DNA of 64,000 nucleotides from Bacteroidales bacterium (GCA_017523725.1 JAFWVY010000038.1:1487-65486), one strand, 5' to 3'. Shown: positions 48,695-59,019, counted from the first letter of the stretch. The notes: generated from the sequence alone by a model not told the origin. Numbers and translations are program-made.

Positions 48695-49759
48695 CTATTT
48701 CCCGGCGACATCCTTCAATATGTCCAGTGTCTTCTTCAGATCATCCTCAAGCGTCCCTGACACCTGCCAGCCCAACGTCCGCAATTTAGCCCCGTCAAGT
48801 CTTGCCTTGGTGGCTTTGCTGAACCCCTGCGATTCCGTTTCGGAGGGCATTTCGAATACGACTTTTGTCCCGGCAATCCCGGCAATCATCTGCGCCAGGT
48901 CTTTAAGGCGTATGTCGTACGATACATCGGCAATATTGTACGCCTCACCGTTCTCACCCAGTAACATAACTGTCAAGATTCCGGTCACCGCATCGGCCGC
49001 ATACGTATAGGAATAATACTGATTGCCGGCACTTTTAAGCACGATATCCTTCTTGTCGAGGGCATTGCGCAGGAACTGTGAAAGCGCCTTTGTATCGGTG
49101 GGAAGCAGCGTGGGGCCGAACGACCGGGTGAGGCGTGCAACGACGACATCCAAGCCCTCCTGCTTTTTATACGCCTGGCACAAAGCCTCCCCGCACCGCT
49201 TGCTTTCCGGATACCCGGCACGCAGGGTGTTGCTGTCGATGTAACCCATGCTTGTTTCATCGAAAAACTCCCGGTCTCCTCTGTTCTCGCCATAGATTTC
49301 GTTGGAAGAAGCAAACACGAAACGCCTGGCCTTGCAACGCACAGCCAGGTCCAGCATATTCCGGGTCCCGACGATATTGGTCGTAATCGTCCCGATCGGA
49401 TCGGTGGCATAAGCGACAGGGTGTGTATGACTGGCCAGATGCAGGACATAGTCCACCGGCAAGTCCGGATTGACCGGATTGTTCACATCGGCGGCAATGA
49501 AATGAAAACAGGGATGGTCCAGCCAACGTGCGAAACGAGTCGCCGCACGCTTCTCATTGCGTCCGAGGGCATAAACCGAACAGTTCCAGGACATCTCCAC
49601 GTTGCGGTACATGATGGCATCCACCAGACAGCTGCCAATCATGCCGGTCGCGCCCGAAAGCAGAACCGATGCGTTCTTGAGTTTCTCCCATGGAAGATGG
49701 TCCGCGGTATTGATCCGGACCAGATCCGTCCTATATAGGGAATGATTCAAAAGGTCCAT
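48695..49759 (-). CDS. NAD-dependent epimerase/dehydratase-family SDR, probable CDP-ketose reductase (AbpB-like)
   Basis: SGATGMIG, HLAS, SSNEIYG, YPESK; coupled to an IspD/TarI-like gene. Confidence 0.8.
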   Translation of the reverse strand: MDLLNHSLYRTDLVRINTADHLPWEKLKNASVLLSGATGMIGSCLVDAIMYRNVEMSWNCSVYALGRNEKRAATRFARWLDHPCFHFIAADVNNPVNPDLPVDYVLHLASHTHPVAYATDPIGTITTNIVGTRNMLDLAVRCKARRFVFASSNEIYGENRGDREFFDETSMGYIDSNTLRAGYPESKRCGEALCQAYKKQEGLDVVVARLTRSFGPTLLPTDTKALSQFLRNALDKKDIVLKSAGNQYYSYTYAADAVTGILTVMLLGENGEAYNIADVSYDIRLKDLAQMIAGIAGTKVVFEMPSETESQGFSKATKARLDGAKLRTLGWQVSGTLEDDLKKTLDILKDVAGK

Positions 49760-49760
49760 C

Positions 49761-50480
49761 TTATTTCAGATAATCGTCCTTGCGGTCCATGGCCAGATAC
49801 GCCTTGAACAGCTCCAGGTCGTCCTTTGTCGTAAGCTTTATGTTCTTGTCTGAACCGGAGGCAAAATAGAGCCGCTCACCCAACTCTACCATCATGGTGT
49901 TGGTGTACGAAGATCCATGAATACCTATTCCCTCGGCGAAAGCCTTTTTGTAGGCCCAGTCGAGTTTCCCGAATCTGTATGCCTGCGGGGTGGCGACCCG
50001 GCGCAAGGTTTCACGCGGGATGTATTTCGTCGTGGAAATCTCATCGTCCACGATGAAAATCTGCTCGTTATACGGCATGGACGTAACAGCATTGCCATAC
50101 TGGCGGCATTTCGCAATGACATCCGTCAGGACGGCCGGTTCAACCAGCGGCCGGATACCGTCATGGATAATCACGATATCGTCGTCAGAGCATTTCCCTT
50201 CCAAATTGAATACCCCGTTCCGGATGGATTCCTGACCGCTCTGACCGCCGGAAACGACCCATTTCAGCTTGTCGATACCGAACTGCCGGGCATAGGCCCA
50301 TAGCACTTCGTGCCACCCCTCAAGGCAAACCACCTCGATGGCATCGATGTCGGCATGCTTCTGGAAACCTTCCAGCGTATAAATCAGGATGGGTTTGTCA
50401 TGAATGTTCAGGAACTGCTTGGGGATATCCTGCCCCATCCTGTTGCCGGTTCCTCCGGCTATGATCAGTGCTATGTTCAT
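49761..50480 (-). CDS. IspD/TarI-family cytidylyltransferase (AbpA-like)
   Basis: IAGGTGNRM..PKQF, IHDGIRP, TPQ, NIKLTT. Confidence 0.92.
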   Translation of the reverse strand: MNIALIIAGGTGNRMGQDIPKQFLNIHDKPILIYTLEGFQKHADIDAIEVVCLEGWHEVLWAYARQFGIDKLKWVVSGGQSGQESIRNGVFNLEGKCSDDDIVIIHDGIRPLVEPAVLTDVIAKCRQYGNAVTSMPYNEQIFIVDDEISTTKYIPRETLRRVATPQAYRFGKLDWAYKKAFAEGIGIHGSSYTNTMMVELGERLYFASGSDKNIKLTTKDDLELFKAYLAMDRKDDYLK

Positions 50481-50498
50481 ATCTTTTTTGTGGGAAAG

Positions 50499-51410
50499 CT
50501 ATTCTGGTATTCCTGCAGCGCGCAACGCAGGAAGATAATCGGTATAAGGACGCTCCGCATCGAGCACCGCAAAGCCACTGTGCAGTGCCGGAGAGCGATG
50601 CGGCGTCATATAATCGTCGCCATATTGTTGACTCAAAGCCTTGTCGTAATCCACCGGCGCAGGCAGCATCAGGTCCTCGAAAGGCAGATACACCACCTCG
50701 CGGTACCACGATTTCTGTTTGGCAACCAAGGGGTAATCATGCCTGCGGAAAAACGGGCATGACACCCGCTGGCAATCCTGCTGGCGGTAGGCCCGGAACA
50801 GGTTCTCGCACCGGCGATATTTCAGACGGCCGATGCCAACGGCATGGTACAGCTTGTGCACCGTACGGATCAGGAAACTGCGCGGATTCCGGATATCCCG
50901 GAGGCGCCACGGATCATATTCGGCCATGTGCAGATGCCACATAATCCGGTCTGTTTTCCGCAGTTTCCGTCGCCAGACTTCGTCCTCATCGTCCGGCACA
51001 GCATCGTACACGAAAATGTCCAGAAAAATGCTTTGGTCGAATAACTGGGACACGTCTTCCTTCAGAATGGCCGTTGTTCCCTTATAGCGGATTTGGGCAT
51101 GAGCCCGGAAATAATGCTTATCGGTATAGGCGCATTGAAGAAAATACGGGTCCTTGAACTCCGTATCGGCCAAGGCAATCAAACGGTCGTAGTCTTCGCG
51201 GAACATCAGCACGTCAATGTCGTCGTCCCACGGGATGTATCCATGATGCCGGGCCGCCCCCAGCAAGGTGCCGCCGTCAGCCCAGACCTTCAGGCCATGC
51301 CTCTGGCATACGTCCAGCAGATGTCGCGCCATGTCCAGCTGAATGGCCCACACCTTTTTCATCTCGGCCGAAACGGGGTAGCCGTCCCGGATTTCATCCT
51401 GCATGTTCAT
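50499..51410 (-). CDS. LicD-family phosphotransferase
   Basis: GGTLLGAARHHGYIPWDDDID, FLDIF, YGDDYMTP. Confidence 0.92.
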   Translation of the reverse strand: MNMQDEIRDGYPVSAEMKKVWAIQLDMARHLLDVCQRHGLKVWADGGTLLGAARHHGYIPWDDDIDVLMFREDYDRLIALADTEFKDPYFLQCAYTDKHYFRAHAQIRYKGTTAILKEDVSQLFDQSIFLDIFVYDAVPDDEDEVWRRKLRKTDRIMWHLHMAEYDPWRLRDIRNPRSFLIRTVHKLYHAVGIGRLKYRRCENLFRAYRQQDCQRVSCPFFRRHDYPLVAKQKSWYREVVYLPFEDLMLPAPVDYDKALSQQYGDDYMTPHRSPALHSGFAVLDAERPYTDYLPALRAAGIPE

Positions 51411-51426
51411 TGTTTTCTCCGTTATA

Positions 51427-52404
51427 CTACGCCGCTGACGTGCCGGCATGCAACCGGACTCTTCCAGGCGCAAACACATGCACGAAAAAAGCATGTGGTC
51501 CGCACGCTTTCAGAATCTTTCCGTACATCCGGCACCGGTTGGCCAACGTATAGGCCGAACTTTTACACATGATGCTCTTCATCCAGCGATAGGTATGGAA
51601 TAAATGGTTGTATTCCCGCTCCAGTAAATCCTGTCCTACCCGGTGATGTTTCAATTCCCTGCAGATGGCAACGTGAGCGTCCAGATTTGTCATCAGTCGG
51701 CGGTTGTAGGCCGTATTCAGCCGTCCCATCGCACTTTCTGAAACCTGCCGGTACCGGTACACGATGTCCGGAATCATGACCGCCCGCCGGACACAGCGGC
51801 AAATGTACTGAACCAGGAACAGTCCGTCCTCCTTATAGAAAATATCTGTCCGAAAACGCAGCTGATGATGCCGGATGGCAGAAAGGCGGTAAAGGCGGTT
51901 CACCATATAACGTTGCCATTCTTTTCCCTCAAAATCTTCCGGACGTGGCAGAAAGAGATCCAGACAGTCATTTTGATTCAAAACCATCGACTGACCAATG
52001 GTTTCTTCTTGTTCCTCACGGTCGCCATCCCCAAATTTGCTGAAACCGCCCAGCGTCATATCTGTCGCATCGTCCATGCACGCCATCAACGCCGACAATG
52101 CCGCAGGAGGAATCAGATCGTCCGCATCGGCGAAGAAAACAAATTCGCCGGTCGCCTCGTCCAGTCCCAGATTCCTGGCAGAACTCACACCGCCGTTTTT
52201 CTTGTGGAACACCCGCACACGACTGTCCTTCGCGGCATAGGCTTCACAAATCGCGCCACTGCCATCCGTACTGCCGTCATCAATGAGCAGCAACTCAAAG
52301 TCAGTGAAACTTTGGGCCAGGATACTGTCAATGCCCGGAGACAGAAACGGTTCGGCATTATACACTGGAACAATGATGGAAACGCATGAATTCCTCGTAA
52401 TCAT
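51427..52404 (-). CDS. Glycosyltransferase family 2
   Basis: SIIVPVYN, IDDGSTD, GVSSARN, DADD, KED. Confidence 0.92.
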   Translation of the reverse strand: MITRNSCVSIIVPVYNAEPFLSPGIDSILAQSFTDFELLLIDDGSTDGSGAICEAYAAKDSRVRVFHKKNGGVSSARNLGLDEATGEFVFFADADDLIPPAALSALMACMDDATDMTLGGFSKFGDGDREEQEETIGQSMVLNQNDCLDLFLPRPEDFEGKEWQRYMVNRLYRLSAIRHHQLRFRTDIFYKEDGLFLVQYICRCVRRAVMIPDIVYRYRQVSESAMGRLNTAYNRRLMTNLDAHVAICRELKHHRVGQDLLEREYNHLFHTYRWMKSIMCKSSAYTLANRCRMYGKILKACGPHAFFVHVFAPGRVRLHAGTSAA

Positions 52405-52440
52405 GGTGCATCAATATAACCTCAAATGTAATTTGACCAT

Positions 52441-53298
52441 CTAAAGCCAACGTCTGATCCACTTGACGGGACTCAAAACGGCATTGCCCACCTTATAAGT
52501 TCTCGTCTGTTTCCCACATTTAAGACATTTCTCGTATGCTCTTTTCAATGTATCTTCAATGGGGAAAAGCATCAATCGTTCATCTGTCAATCCACGTCTT
52601 TTCATTGCCTCCACACAAGCATATGAATGCCATACCCGCGACTTATACTCCCCTTCGTTTAATGAAATAGAATGTGGATTTTTTCTATATGTATATAATA
52701 GCCTGTCAATATGCATGATTTTGCCTACCTCCTCCAATTTATAATACATATCGTAATCCACCGCCCGTTTCATCAACGTATCTACACCCACCGTTCTATC
52801 GTACGCCGCTTTCTTGAACGACACAAAGTGCTTAAAGGGCCAAGTGCATGATTCTAAAGATGAAGTTCCTTGCGCGACGACAGTACCATGCACCTCTTTT
52901 TTTACTGCAAGGTTCTCGTCTGTTTGATAATATCCAGAATACACCATTGACACATCCGGATTTTGCAGATGCGTATTGACCATAGTGCTTAGCGCATCTG
53001 ACACAGCAAGTTTGTCATCCGGATCAACAAATCCACATATCTCACCTTTTGCCATCTCAGCACACTTATGCTTAGTATAACCAGCGCCAAAGTTTAACTC
53101 GTTATAATACACATGAAAGCGATCATCGTCCTTATATCTGTCATATATCTCGGATGAAGAGTCTGTTGACTTATCATCAACTATGACGATTTCCCAATTC
53201 TTATAATCCTGCGCCAAAACACTGTCAATGGCTTCTTGCAAATAGCAGCCATTGTTGTAATTGGCGATTAAAACCGAAAAAAGAGGCGTTTGCTCCAT
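52441..53298 (-). CDS. Glycosyltransferase family 2
   Basis: SVLIANYN, VDDKSTD, FVDPDD, AVDYD. Confidence 0.9.
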   Translation of the reverse strand: MEQTPLFSVLIANYNNGCYLQEAIDSVLAQDYKNWEIVIVDDKSTDSSSEIYDRYKDDDRFHVYYNELNFGAGYTKHKCAEMAKGEICGFVDPDDKLAVSDALSTMVNTHLQNPDVSMVYSGYYQTDENLAVKKEVHGTVVAQGTSSLESCTWPFKHFVSFKKAAYDRTVGVDTLMKRAVDYDMYYKLEEVGKIMHIDRLLYTYRKNPHSISLNEGEYKSRVWHSYACVEAMKRRGLTDERLMLFPIEDTLKRAYEKCLKCGKQTRTYKVGNAVLSPVKWIRRWL

Positions 53299-53387
53299 TT
53301 AAATATCTTTATTGATTAACAAATCAAAAATGGACATCCGAATTCTGTTGCCCCAAGGTAAATGATTGCGATTCCTATCTAAAAAAG

Positions 53388-54479
53388 CTATACTCTCATC
53401 AAATGCGTCATCAAAACATTACGCGCTTTGATAATACCAACACACAAAAGCAATGAGACTGCCGTATATACCAGCCAAAACCATTCATTATGTCCGTAAA
53501 TAACAGGATGACAACCAATCATTTTCCAATCCAAGTCCCACATAACAGTTTTGAGATATGAAGCCGGTTTGAAAAACAAAATATGGAAAATAATGACGTA
53601 AATGGAATTGTCTCCCAAAAAGACAAGAAACCTTTTTAATGACTTTGCATTATTATCGAGAAAACAGCTAATCCAGTAAGTGAATATAAAGCCGGTGCAA
53701 CCAGTAATACAGAGAACCGCCCACTTTTGCACTGTTTGATTCCGATATCCCATATGGGTCGGAAAATATATCGCCGATACACATAACAACAAGAAACAAC
53801 CAATGGCAATCTTCCATTTATTTAAACGCACAAGATAATTTTTGCTCAAATATCCCATTCCCATAAAGAATACCGCCATCATTTCTCTGTACCCGCCTTG
53901 GGGCCAGTTGGGGATATCCTTACCCCATATTATCTTGAGGCACCCCAGCAAACAGAATAAAATCGTGATTATCCATACGCTCGCGGAAATCTTCAGTTTT
54001 TCTTTCAATACCCAGTTTCCTATGCAAAAAAGTATACCCCCGACAAATAACACCCGGAAAAACCAAAATGCACCACAAATAAAATAATCGTATGACGTCA
54101 TTTTTGTAACTACATCTACACTCTTCCCCAATATATCCATAGCAGAGAATCTGGTCGCGCAATATCCCTGAGGCGTTCCATAAGTATCGTTCAAAACTCC
54201 CCAATCATAGAAAACATTGTGAAGCAACAAAAACACGATACTCCACTTGACAAAAGGCCAGTATAAACTCTTGACGCGTCTCAAGAAGAAGTCCCCTGGG
54301 CGCATGAAATAATCCGGCTTGAAAAGATAACCACTTGCAATGAAGAAAAGCGGCATGTGGAAAGAAAAAATCCAATGATTAAAAAAAGCGGGGCAGCCCG
54401 AATGGCCTACTACGACAAGGATTATACCTATGCCTTTCAGAATTGAAATGGTATCATTTCTTTTCGACCTCTTATCCAT
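53388..54479 (-). CDS. Acyltransferase family 3
   Basis: KGIGIILVVVGH, FHMPLFFIASG, RRVKSLYWPF, FWFF. Confidence 0.9.
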   Translation of the reverse strand: MDKRSKRNDTISILKGIGIILVVVGHSGCPAFFNHWIFSFHMPLFFIASGYLFKPDYFMRPGDFFLRRVKSLYWPFVKWSIVFLLLHNVFYDWGVLNDTYGTPQGYCATRFSAMDILGKSVDVVTKMTSYDYFICGAFWFFRVLFVGGILFCIGNWVLKEKLKISASVWIITILFCLLGCLKIIWGKDIPNWPQGGYREMMAVFFMGMGYLSKNYLVRLNKWKIAIGCFLLLCVSAIYFPTHMGYRNQTVQKWAVLCITGCTGFIFTYWISCFLDNNAKSLKRFLVFLGDNSIYVIIFHILFFKPASYLKTVMWDLDWKMIGCHPVIYGHNEWFWLVYTAVSLLLCVGIIKARNVLMTHLMRV

Positions 54480-54526
54480 ACAAGAATCAGCTACTCAACG
54501 TAGATACAACTTACATTATCGTCAAT

Positions 54527-55570
54527 CTACTCATGACGCCAGAATCCACTGATATAAGACTTCACACAACGCCCCATGGCAAGGAATGCGGACTTCCATC
54601 CTGCCAGGCGATAATAATTATTGAAAAGCATCCTGATATCCTTTCCTATCGACTTATCTTTCTCATGCCAGTATAGACGCGGTCTGACATAGCGTTTCAG
54701 ATATTTGTCATACAACCCTATGGTGTGTTCGCGCAACATCATATCTTCAGTGTTGAATGTAGACAAATCAGTACAAACCAGCAGATTTCTACGGTTCCTG
54801 TCTATAACAGACAACGGCGAGAAAACACCACCCTGATGTTTCCTGTATACGGCCATTACATCCGGCATACAATACCCTGTGCCAGACTGCAAAATATGGT
54901 AACAATGGTGAACATCACATGGATATTTATACTTACTAAAATCAACACCTGTAAGAGTGGAGCGTCGATAAAGCAATGTCATGGTTTTTGTTATCCAATG
55001 GTCGAAGTTGTCTGCCGATGTGAAAAAAAAGACATCGGGATGCTGTTCAAACATATCTGCCACATAATCCGGAAGCCATTGTCCATCCGCTTCACTGTAA
55101 ATCTTATATCGATGGCAACACAAACTGCACTCTTCATGTTGCTCCAGAAAATCCACCTGTTTCTGCAGTTTTAGTGGATCAGTCCAATAGTCATCACCTT
55201 CGCATCCAGCCCTATACTTTACATTATCCTCCCACTTGGCTATCAACGACAACTTTTTTCTTTTAATGTGATATAGATTCTTATTCAAAAGGACAACTAC
55301 GAAATGACATGATTTATTCTCCTTATGATCCGCTTCTATTAAAAAGGCGTCTTCTGTCTCCCTCTCATGTGCCGATGTCATATCAAAATGATTGTCCAAA
55401 TAATCCTTTATCACATCTTGCTCACCATCTGTGCTGGCATCATCAACTATAAGGGCAACGAAAGGGAAGTTTGTCTGCTGCATGCAAAAACCATTCATGG
55501 CATCTGTGATATACCTGGCATGATTGTATGTCATGCAGCGGATGCTGAGCATATAACCAGTATCTTTCAT
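54527..55570 (-). CDS. Glycosyltransferase family 2 (start 55570 or 55585)
   Basis: CMTYNH, VDDASTD, CEGDDYWTDPLKLQKQV, MAVYR.H.GG. Confidence 0.9.
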   Translation of the reverse strand: MKDTGYMLSIRCMTYNHARYITDAMNGFCMQQTNFPFVALIVDDASTDGEQDVIKDYLDNHFDMTSAHERETEDAFLIEADHKENKSCHFVVVLLNKNLYHIKRKKLSLIAKWEDNVKYRAGCEGDDYWTDPLKLQKQVDFLEQHEECSLCCHRYKIYSEADGQWLPDYVADMFEQHPDVFFFTSADNFDHWITKTMTLLYRRSTLTGVDFSKYKYPCDVHHCYHILQSGTGYCMPDVMAVYRKHQGGVFSPLSVIDRNRRNLLVCTDLSTFNTEDMMLREHTIGLYDKYLKRYVRPRLYWHEKDKSIGKDIRMLFNNYYRLAGWKSAFLAMGRCVKSYISGFWRHE

Positions 55571-55577
55571 AGCTAAA

Positions 55578-56348
55578 TTACTCATCAAGAAAAATCACAT
55601 CATGGCTATGCACTCTGCGCTGTTCTACCGGAGGCAATTTCATAAAGTCACCATAGCAACAAGTCAAAAAAGGACCCGGGTTATTCGGGCCATAAAAATA
55701 TGTTCCTTCGAATTCATACTTTTTTAAAGGGAACAAATCGTTCAAGTAATACCTTGAAGGAACAATACTTGAGAAAGTGTAAACATCCGGAGCTTGAAAC
55801 CGTTGCAGATAGCTTTTTTTTGCGATAGAATCCTCCTCTTTCTTAAGTAATAACTTAAGTCCTTCTATCCTGTCCGACAACTCAGATTCGCTCCTGATGC
55901 CCAAATCTATCTTTCTTCTCAAATAAGCCAGATGCTCTAATATTCTGTATTTTTGTTCCTCGAACTCTTTCATCTTTTTGGGCCTGAACAAATCAACGCC
56001 CAATCCTTTATTCAGATAAAGATAGTTATCGTTGGAAAGGGCATAGTTGACAATGGTCTTTTTATCCTTAAGACGAGCCCATCCGTGAAAAAAATTAGGT
56101 TCAGTCTCCTTGTCCTCTATCATCATATCATTCGGCAAATGCTTTTTAAGCAATGCTATTGCCGCATCATACCTTTCATCAAAGATAAAAAAATCAAAAT
56201 CATCGTCCCAGGGGATAAACCCTTTGTGTCTAACTGCACCCAAAAGAGTCCCATAGGTCATAATGTATGGAATGTCATTTGTTTCCAAGATATCACGGAC
56301 TGCAATTGCCAATTCCAATATCCGAGCCTGAATTTTTCTTATATTCAT
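55578..56348 (-). CDS. LicD-family phosphotransferase
   Basis: YGTLLGAVRHKGFIPWDDDFD, VDLF, YGDFMKLPP. Confidence 0.92.
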   Translation of the reverse strand: MNIRKIQARILELAIAVRDILETNDIPYIMTYGTLLGAVRHKGFIPWDDDFDFFIFDERYDAAIALLKKHLPNDMMIEDKETEPNFFHGWARLKDKKTIVNYALSNDNYLYLNKGLGVDLFRPKKMKEFEEQKYRILEHLAYLRRKIDLGIRSESELSDRIEGLKLLLKKEEDSIAKKSYLQRFQAPDVYTFSSIVPSRYYLNDLFPLKKYEFEGTYFYGPNNPGPFLTCCYGDFMKLPPVEQRRVHSHDVIFLDE

Positions 56349-56350
56349 AA

Positions 56351-57127
56351 TTATTTAAAAATAACCTTTGAATAATGCGGCATCCTTTTCTCCGCTGGTG
56401 GTAATTGCATATAATCACCATAGCAACGTTTCAGAAGTATGTCTGCATTTTTAGGCCCCCAGAAGTATGTATCTTCGAAGTCATACTTACACAACGGAAA
56501 AATATCTTCTGCCAACATGGAATCATCAAAAACAGAGATGAAACCTATCATGTCATCGTCCTCAAGCGTATTAACAGACAAGGCTTTTCTATTTTCTTGC
56601 TCCAACTCAATTTCCAAAGGATTCTTTCTCTTCTCATATTCCTCTTGCGTAAGGAATCCCTTCGTGAATTTTCGTTGCAGATATTCTAAATGAGCCTTCA
56701 GTCTATTCACTTTATCGAAACTTTTCTTTATACTAAATGCACGATACAAATCTACACAAACGCCATGATGTGCATAAAGGTTGTCTTGTGGGAACAACTC
56801 ACAGTCAGCCTCTGTTCCAATATCTTTGGCATGAGCCCAACCATGAAAGTATAATGGTTCGCTCTTGCCATCCTCTATGAAAATATTTGCCGGCAATTCC
56901 TTACGCAAATATTCAATAACATCATCATATTCTTCACTTATGATATAAAAGTCAAAATCATCGTCCCATGGGATAAAGCCTTTGTGTCTAACCGCCCCCA
57001 AAAGAGTCCCATAGGTAATCATGTGGGGCACATCATGATTCTCAAGAACATCACGAATTGCAACTGCCATCTCAAGCAATCGCAGCTGTACCCTACGAAT
57101 ATCTTCCAGTGAATACACTTGTTTCAA
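56351..57127 (-). CDS. LicD-family phosphotransferase (paralogue of the neighbour)
   Basis: YGTLLGAVRHKGFIPWDDDFD, VDLY, YGDYMQLPP. Confidence 0.92.
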   Translation of the reverse strand: MKQVYSLEDIRRVQLRLLEMAVAIRDVLENHDVPHMITYGTLLGAVRHKGFIPWDDDFDFYIISEEYDDVIEYLRKELPANIFIEDGKSEPLYFHGWAHAKDIGTEADCELFPQDNLYAHHGVCVDLYRAFSIKKSFDKVNRLKAHLEYLQRKFTKGFLTQEEYEKRKNPLEIELEQENRKALSVNTLEDDDMIGFISVFDDSMLAEDIFPLCKYDFEDTYFWGPKNADILLKRCYGDYMQLPPAEKRMPHYSKVIFK

Positions 57128-58461
57128 ATCCTTATCAAATCTTTTGAATTGTAGAAATCATCCATGACCTTGACTATCGCCTGTGAGATCTCGTCATCAA
57201 TACATTGAGTATTTCTTCTCAACAGAACCGACTTGAGAAACACAACCAATTCGTTTCGAATACCTTCTCCATCCAATTGATAAAAATAACGTTTATTGTC
57301 GGAAGAATTCTCGAATCTTAACTCAAAGTAATCCGTCTTCCACCAAGGTGCAGGTACATAAACATAACCTTTTGTTCCCGAAATAATAAGTTCACCTTCG
57401 CTCTTAACACCTTGACCGACCTTTATAGAAGCCACTGCATGTGGAAAAGTAAAGGCAACCTTTGTAAAAGAATCATAATGGGCGCTTTCCATTCGAGAAG
57501 AAATAGTCTTTTGACAATATGTTGTCCCTAATAAATAAAATATTGGTAACAAGGCCGCAGGTCCCCAGGTACTGAGACTGTTCCATCCTTTATCTAAGTC
57601 ATCATTTCCCTCTATCTCTACATTCCTCAAACTTGTACAAGTCGCATCAACAGACACGACATCGCCTATACGGCCACTTTTTACGAGAACGAGGAGTCTT
57701 GAGAATGCCGTTGAGTACGCTGTTCGGATAGCATCCATCAAAACACAATTGTTCTTTTGAGCTATTGTCTTTAACTCTTTCCATTCCGCCACCGAAACAC
57801 ATATTGGAGATTCGCACAAAACGTGTTTGCCAAGATTTAAAGCCTTTTTCACGCTCTCATAACGTATTACCGGGCTGGTTATAAAATAAAGTGCATCACA
57901 ATTTGCAATCAAGTCATCAAGTTTGTCAACAACAGGGATTGCATCTATAACATCTTTCGACAACAAAGAATTGTTTTGCGAACAAATACCGACTACATCT
58001 AGTCCGTTGACATATTTGCTTTCGCGATAAAACTTGTTAAGAAACGCCGCATCACCCACAAGTCCCATCTTCAACTCATGCTGTTCCGCGCGTATCTCCG
58101 AACTGGAAACGCCCTCGGTTCTATCTAGGTATACGACCTTGCAGAATTCGTTCAGATAGTCAAACTTGCCTTTCCAATCTGAACCAACAGTAAATATGTC
58201 GATGCCATAACGTTTAATGTCGTCTATCTTCTGGCCTTCATATTCTTCGATAATAATTTCATCGGCAATGCCAGTAGCCCGAACCGCCTCAATACGTTCC
58301 ATCAAAGACTGCTGAACATTGATTTTGCCTCTGTTCAAATCAAAACTGTCCGCTGTAACACCAACGATCAAATAGTCTCCCAAAGCCTTAGCCCGTTCCA
58401 ACAATCGTCGATGACCATAATGGAACATATCATATGTGCCGTAGGTTATTACTTTTTTCAT
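57124..58461 (-). CDS. Fusion of TagD-like cytidylyltransferase and Gfo/Idh/MocA-like oxidoreductase
   Basis: TYGTYDMFHYGH (HxGH), VGSDW, RTEGVSS; then MGLVG, GKHVLCESP, GTKG. Confidence 0.85.
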   Translation of the reverse strand: MKKVITYGTYDMFHYGHRRLLERAKALGDYLIVGVTADSFDLNRGKINVQQSLMERIEAVRATGIADEIIIEEYEGQKIDDIKRYGIDIFTVGSDWKGKFDYLNEFCKVVYLDRTEGVSSSEIRAEQHELKMGLVGDAAFLNKFYRESKYVNGLDVVGICSQNNSLLSKDVIDAIPVVDKLDDLIANCDALYFITSPVIRYESVKKALNLGKHVLCESPICVSVAEWKELKTIAQKNNCVLMDAIRTAYSTAFSRLLVLVKSGRIGDVVSVDATCTSLRNVEIEGNDDLDKGWNSLSTWGPAALLPIFYLLGTTYCQKTISSRMESAHYDSFTKVAFTFPHAVASIKVGQGVKSEGELIISGTKGYVYVPAPWWKTDYFELRFENSSDNKRYFYQLDGEGIRNELVVFLKSVLLRRNTQCIDDEISQAIVKVMDDFYNSKDLIRI

Positions 58462-58522
58462 CACAATGAGTTATTGCCCATTTCTGTTAATTCGTTGATA
58501 ATAATTGAAAGCACCCGGGAAT

Positions 58523-59014
58523 TTAGAAACGAAAGGACCATCTGTAATCATTCTCAGACACCATCTTTCCTCCATTTTTTTCTATCACTCTCTTCGAGGC
58601 ATAATTATATTTCTCAACCGTTAAAAACTTTTCTTCTATTTTCATCTCATTTGCCTTTTCCAATAGTTTATGCAAGAGAATTGTGCCATATCCCTTCCCT
58701 CTATATAAAGAAGAAACAGCATACCCAATGTTTCCTCCTATCAGCCTCGACTGACTTGTTAAAGCATGACGAATTTTCCCAAAACAAACAGGAATATTAT
58801 CAACTATTAGCCAAAAACACGTTTGTCCAACACAACCATCAGGCAAGTTCTCATTCCTAGACCACGCTTCTTGTTGGACAAGCCATTGTTTGAATTCTTC
58901 ATAGGACATTTTTTTAACGGGATTCTTGAACGCATTTTCTTCCTCACCTATATGCTGAAGAAGGTTATATACATCCAACCCGTCAGAGACAGAAAGCTGA
59001 CGCAAATACTCCAT
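58523..59014 (-). CDS. GNAT N-acetyltransferase
   Basis: GNIGYAV...RGKGYG, NYASKRVIEKNGG. Confidence 0.88.
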   Translation of the reverse strand: MEYLRQLSVSDGLDVYNLLQHIGEEENAFKNPVKKMSYEEFKQWLVQQEAWSRNENLPDGCVGQTCFWLIVDNIPVCFGKIRHALTSQSRLIGGNIGYAVSSLYRGKGYGTILLHKLLEKANEMKIEEKFLTVEKYNYASKRVIEKNGGKMVSENDYRWSFRF

Positions 59015-59019
59015 TTTAA

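Noticed and set aside
49761-50480. Calling this gene ispD (MEP pathway)
   Set aside because: Context with an SDR and LicD points to CDP-alditol synthesis.
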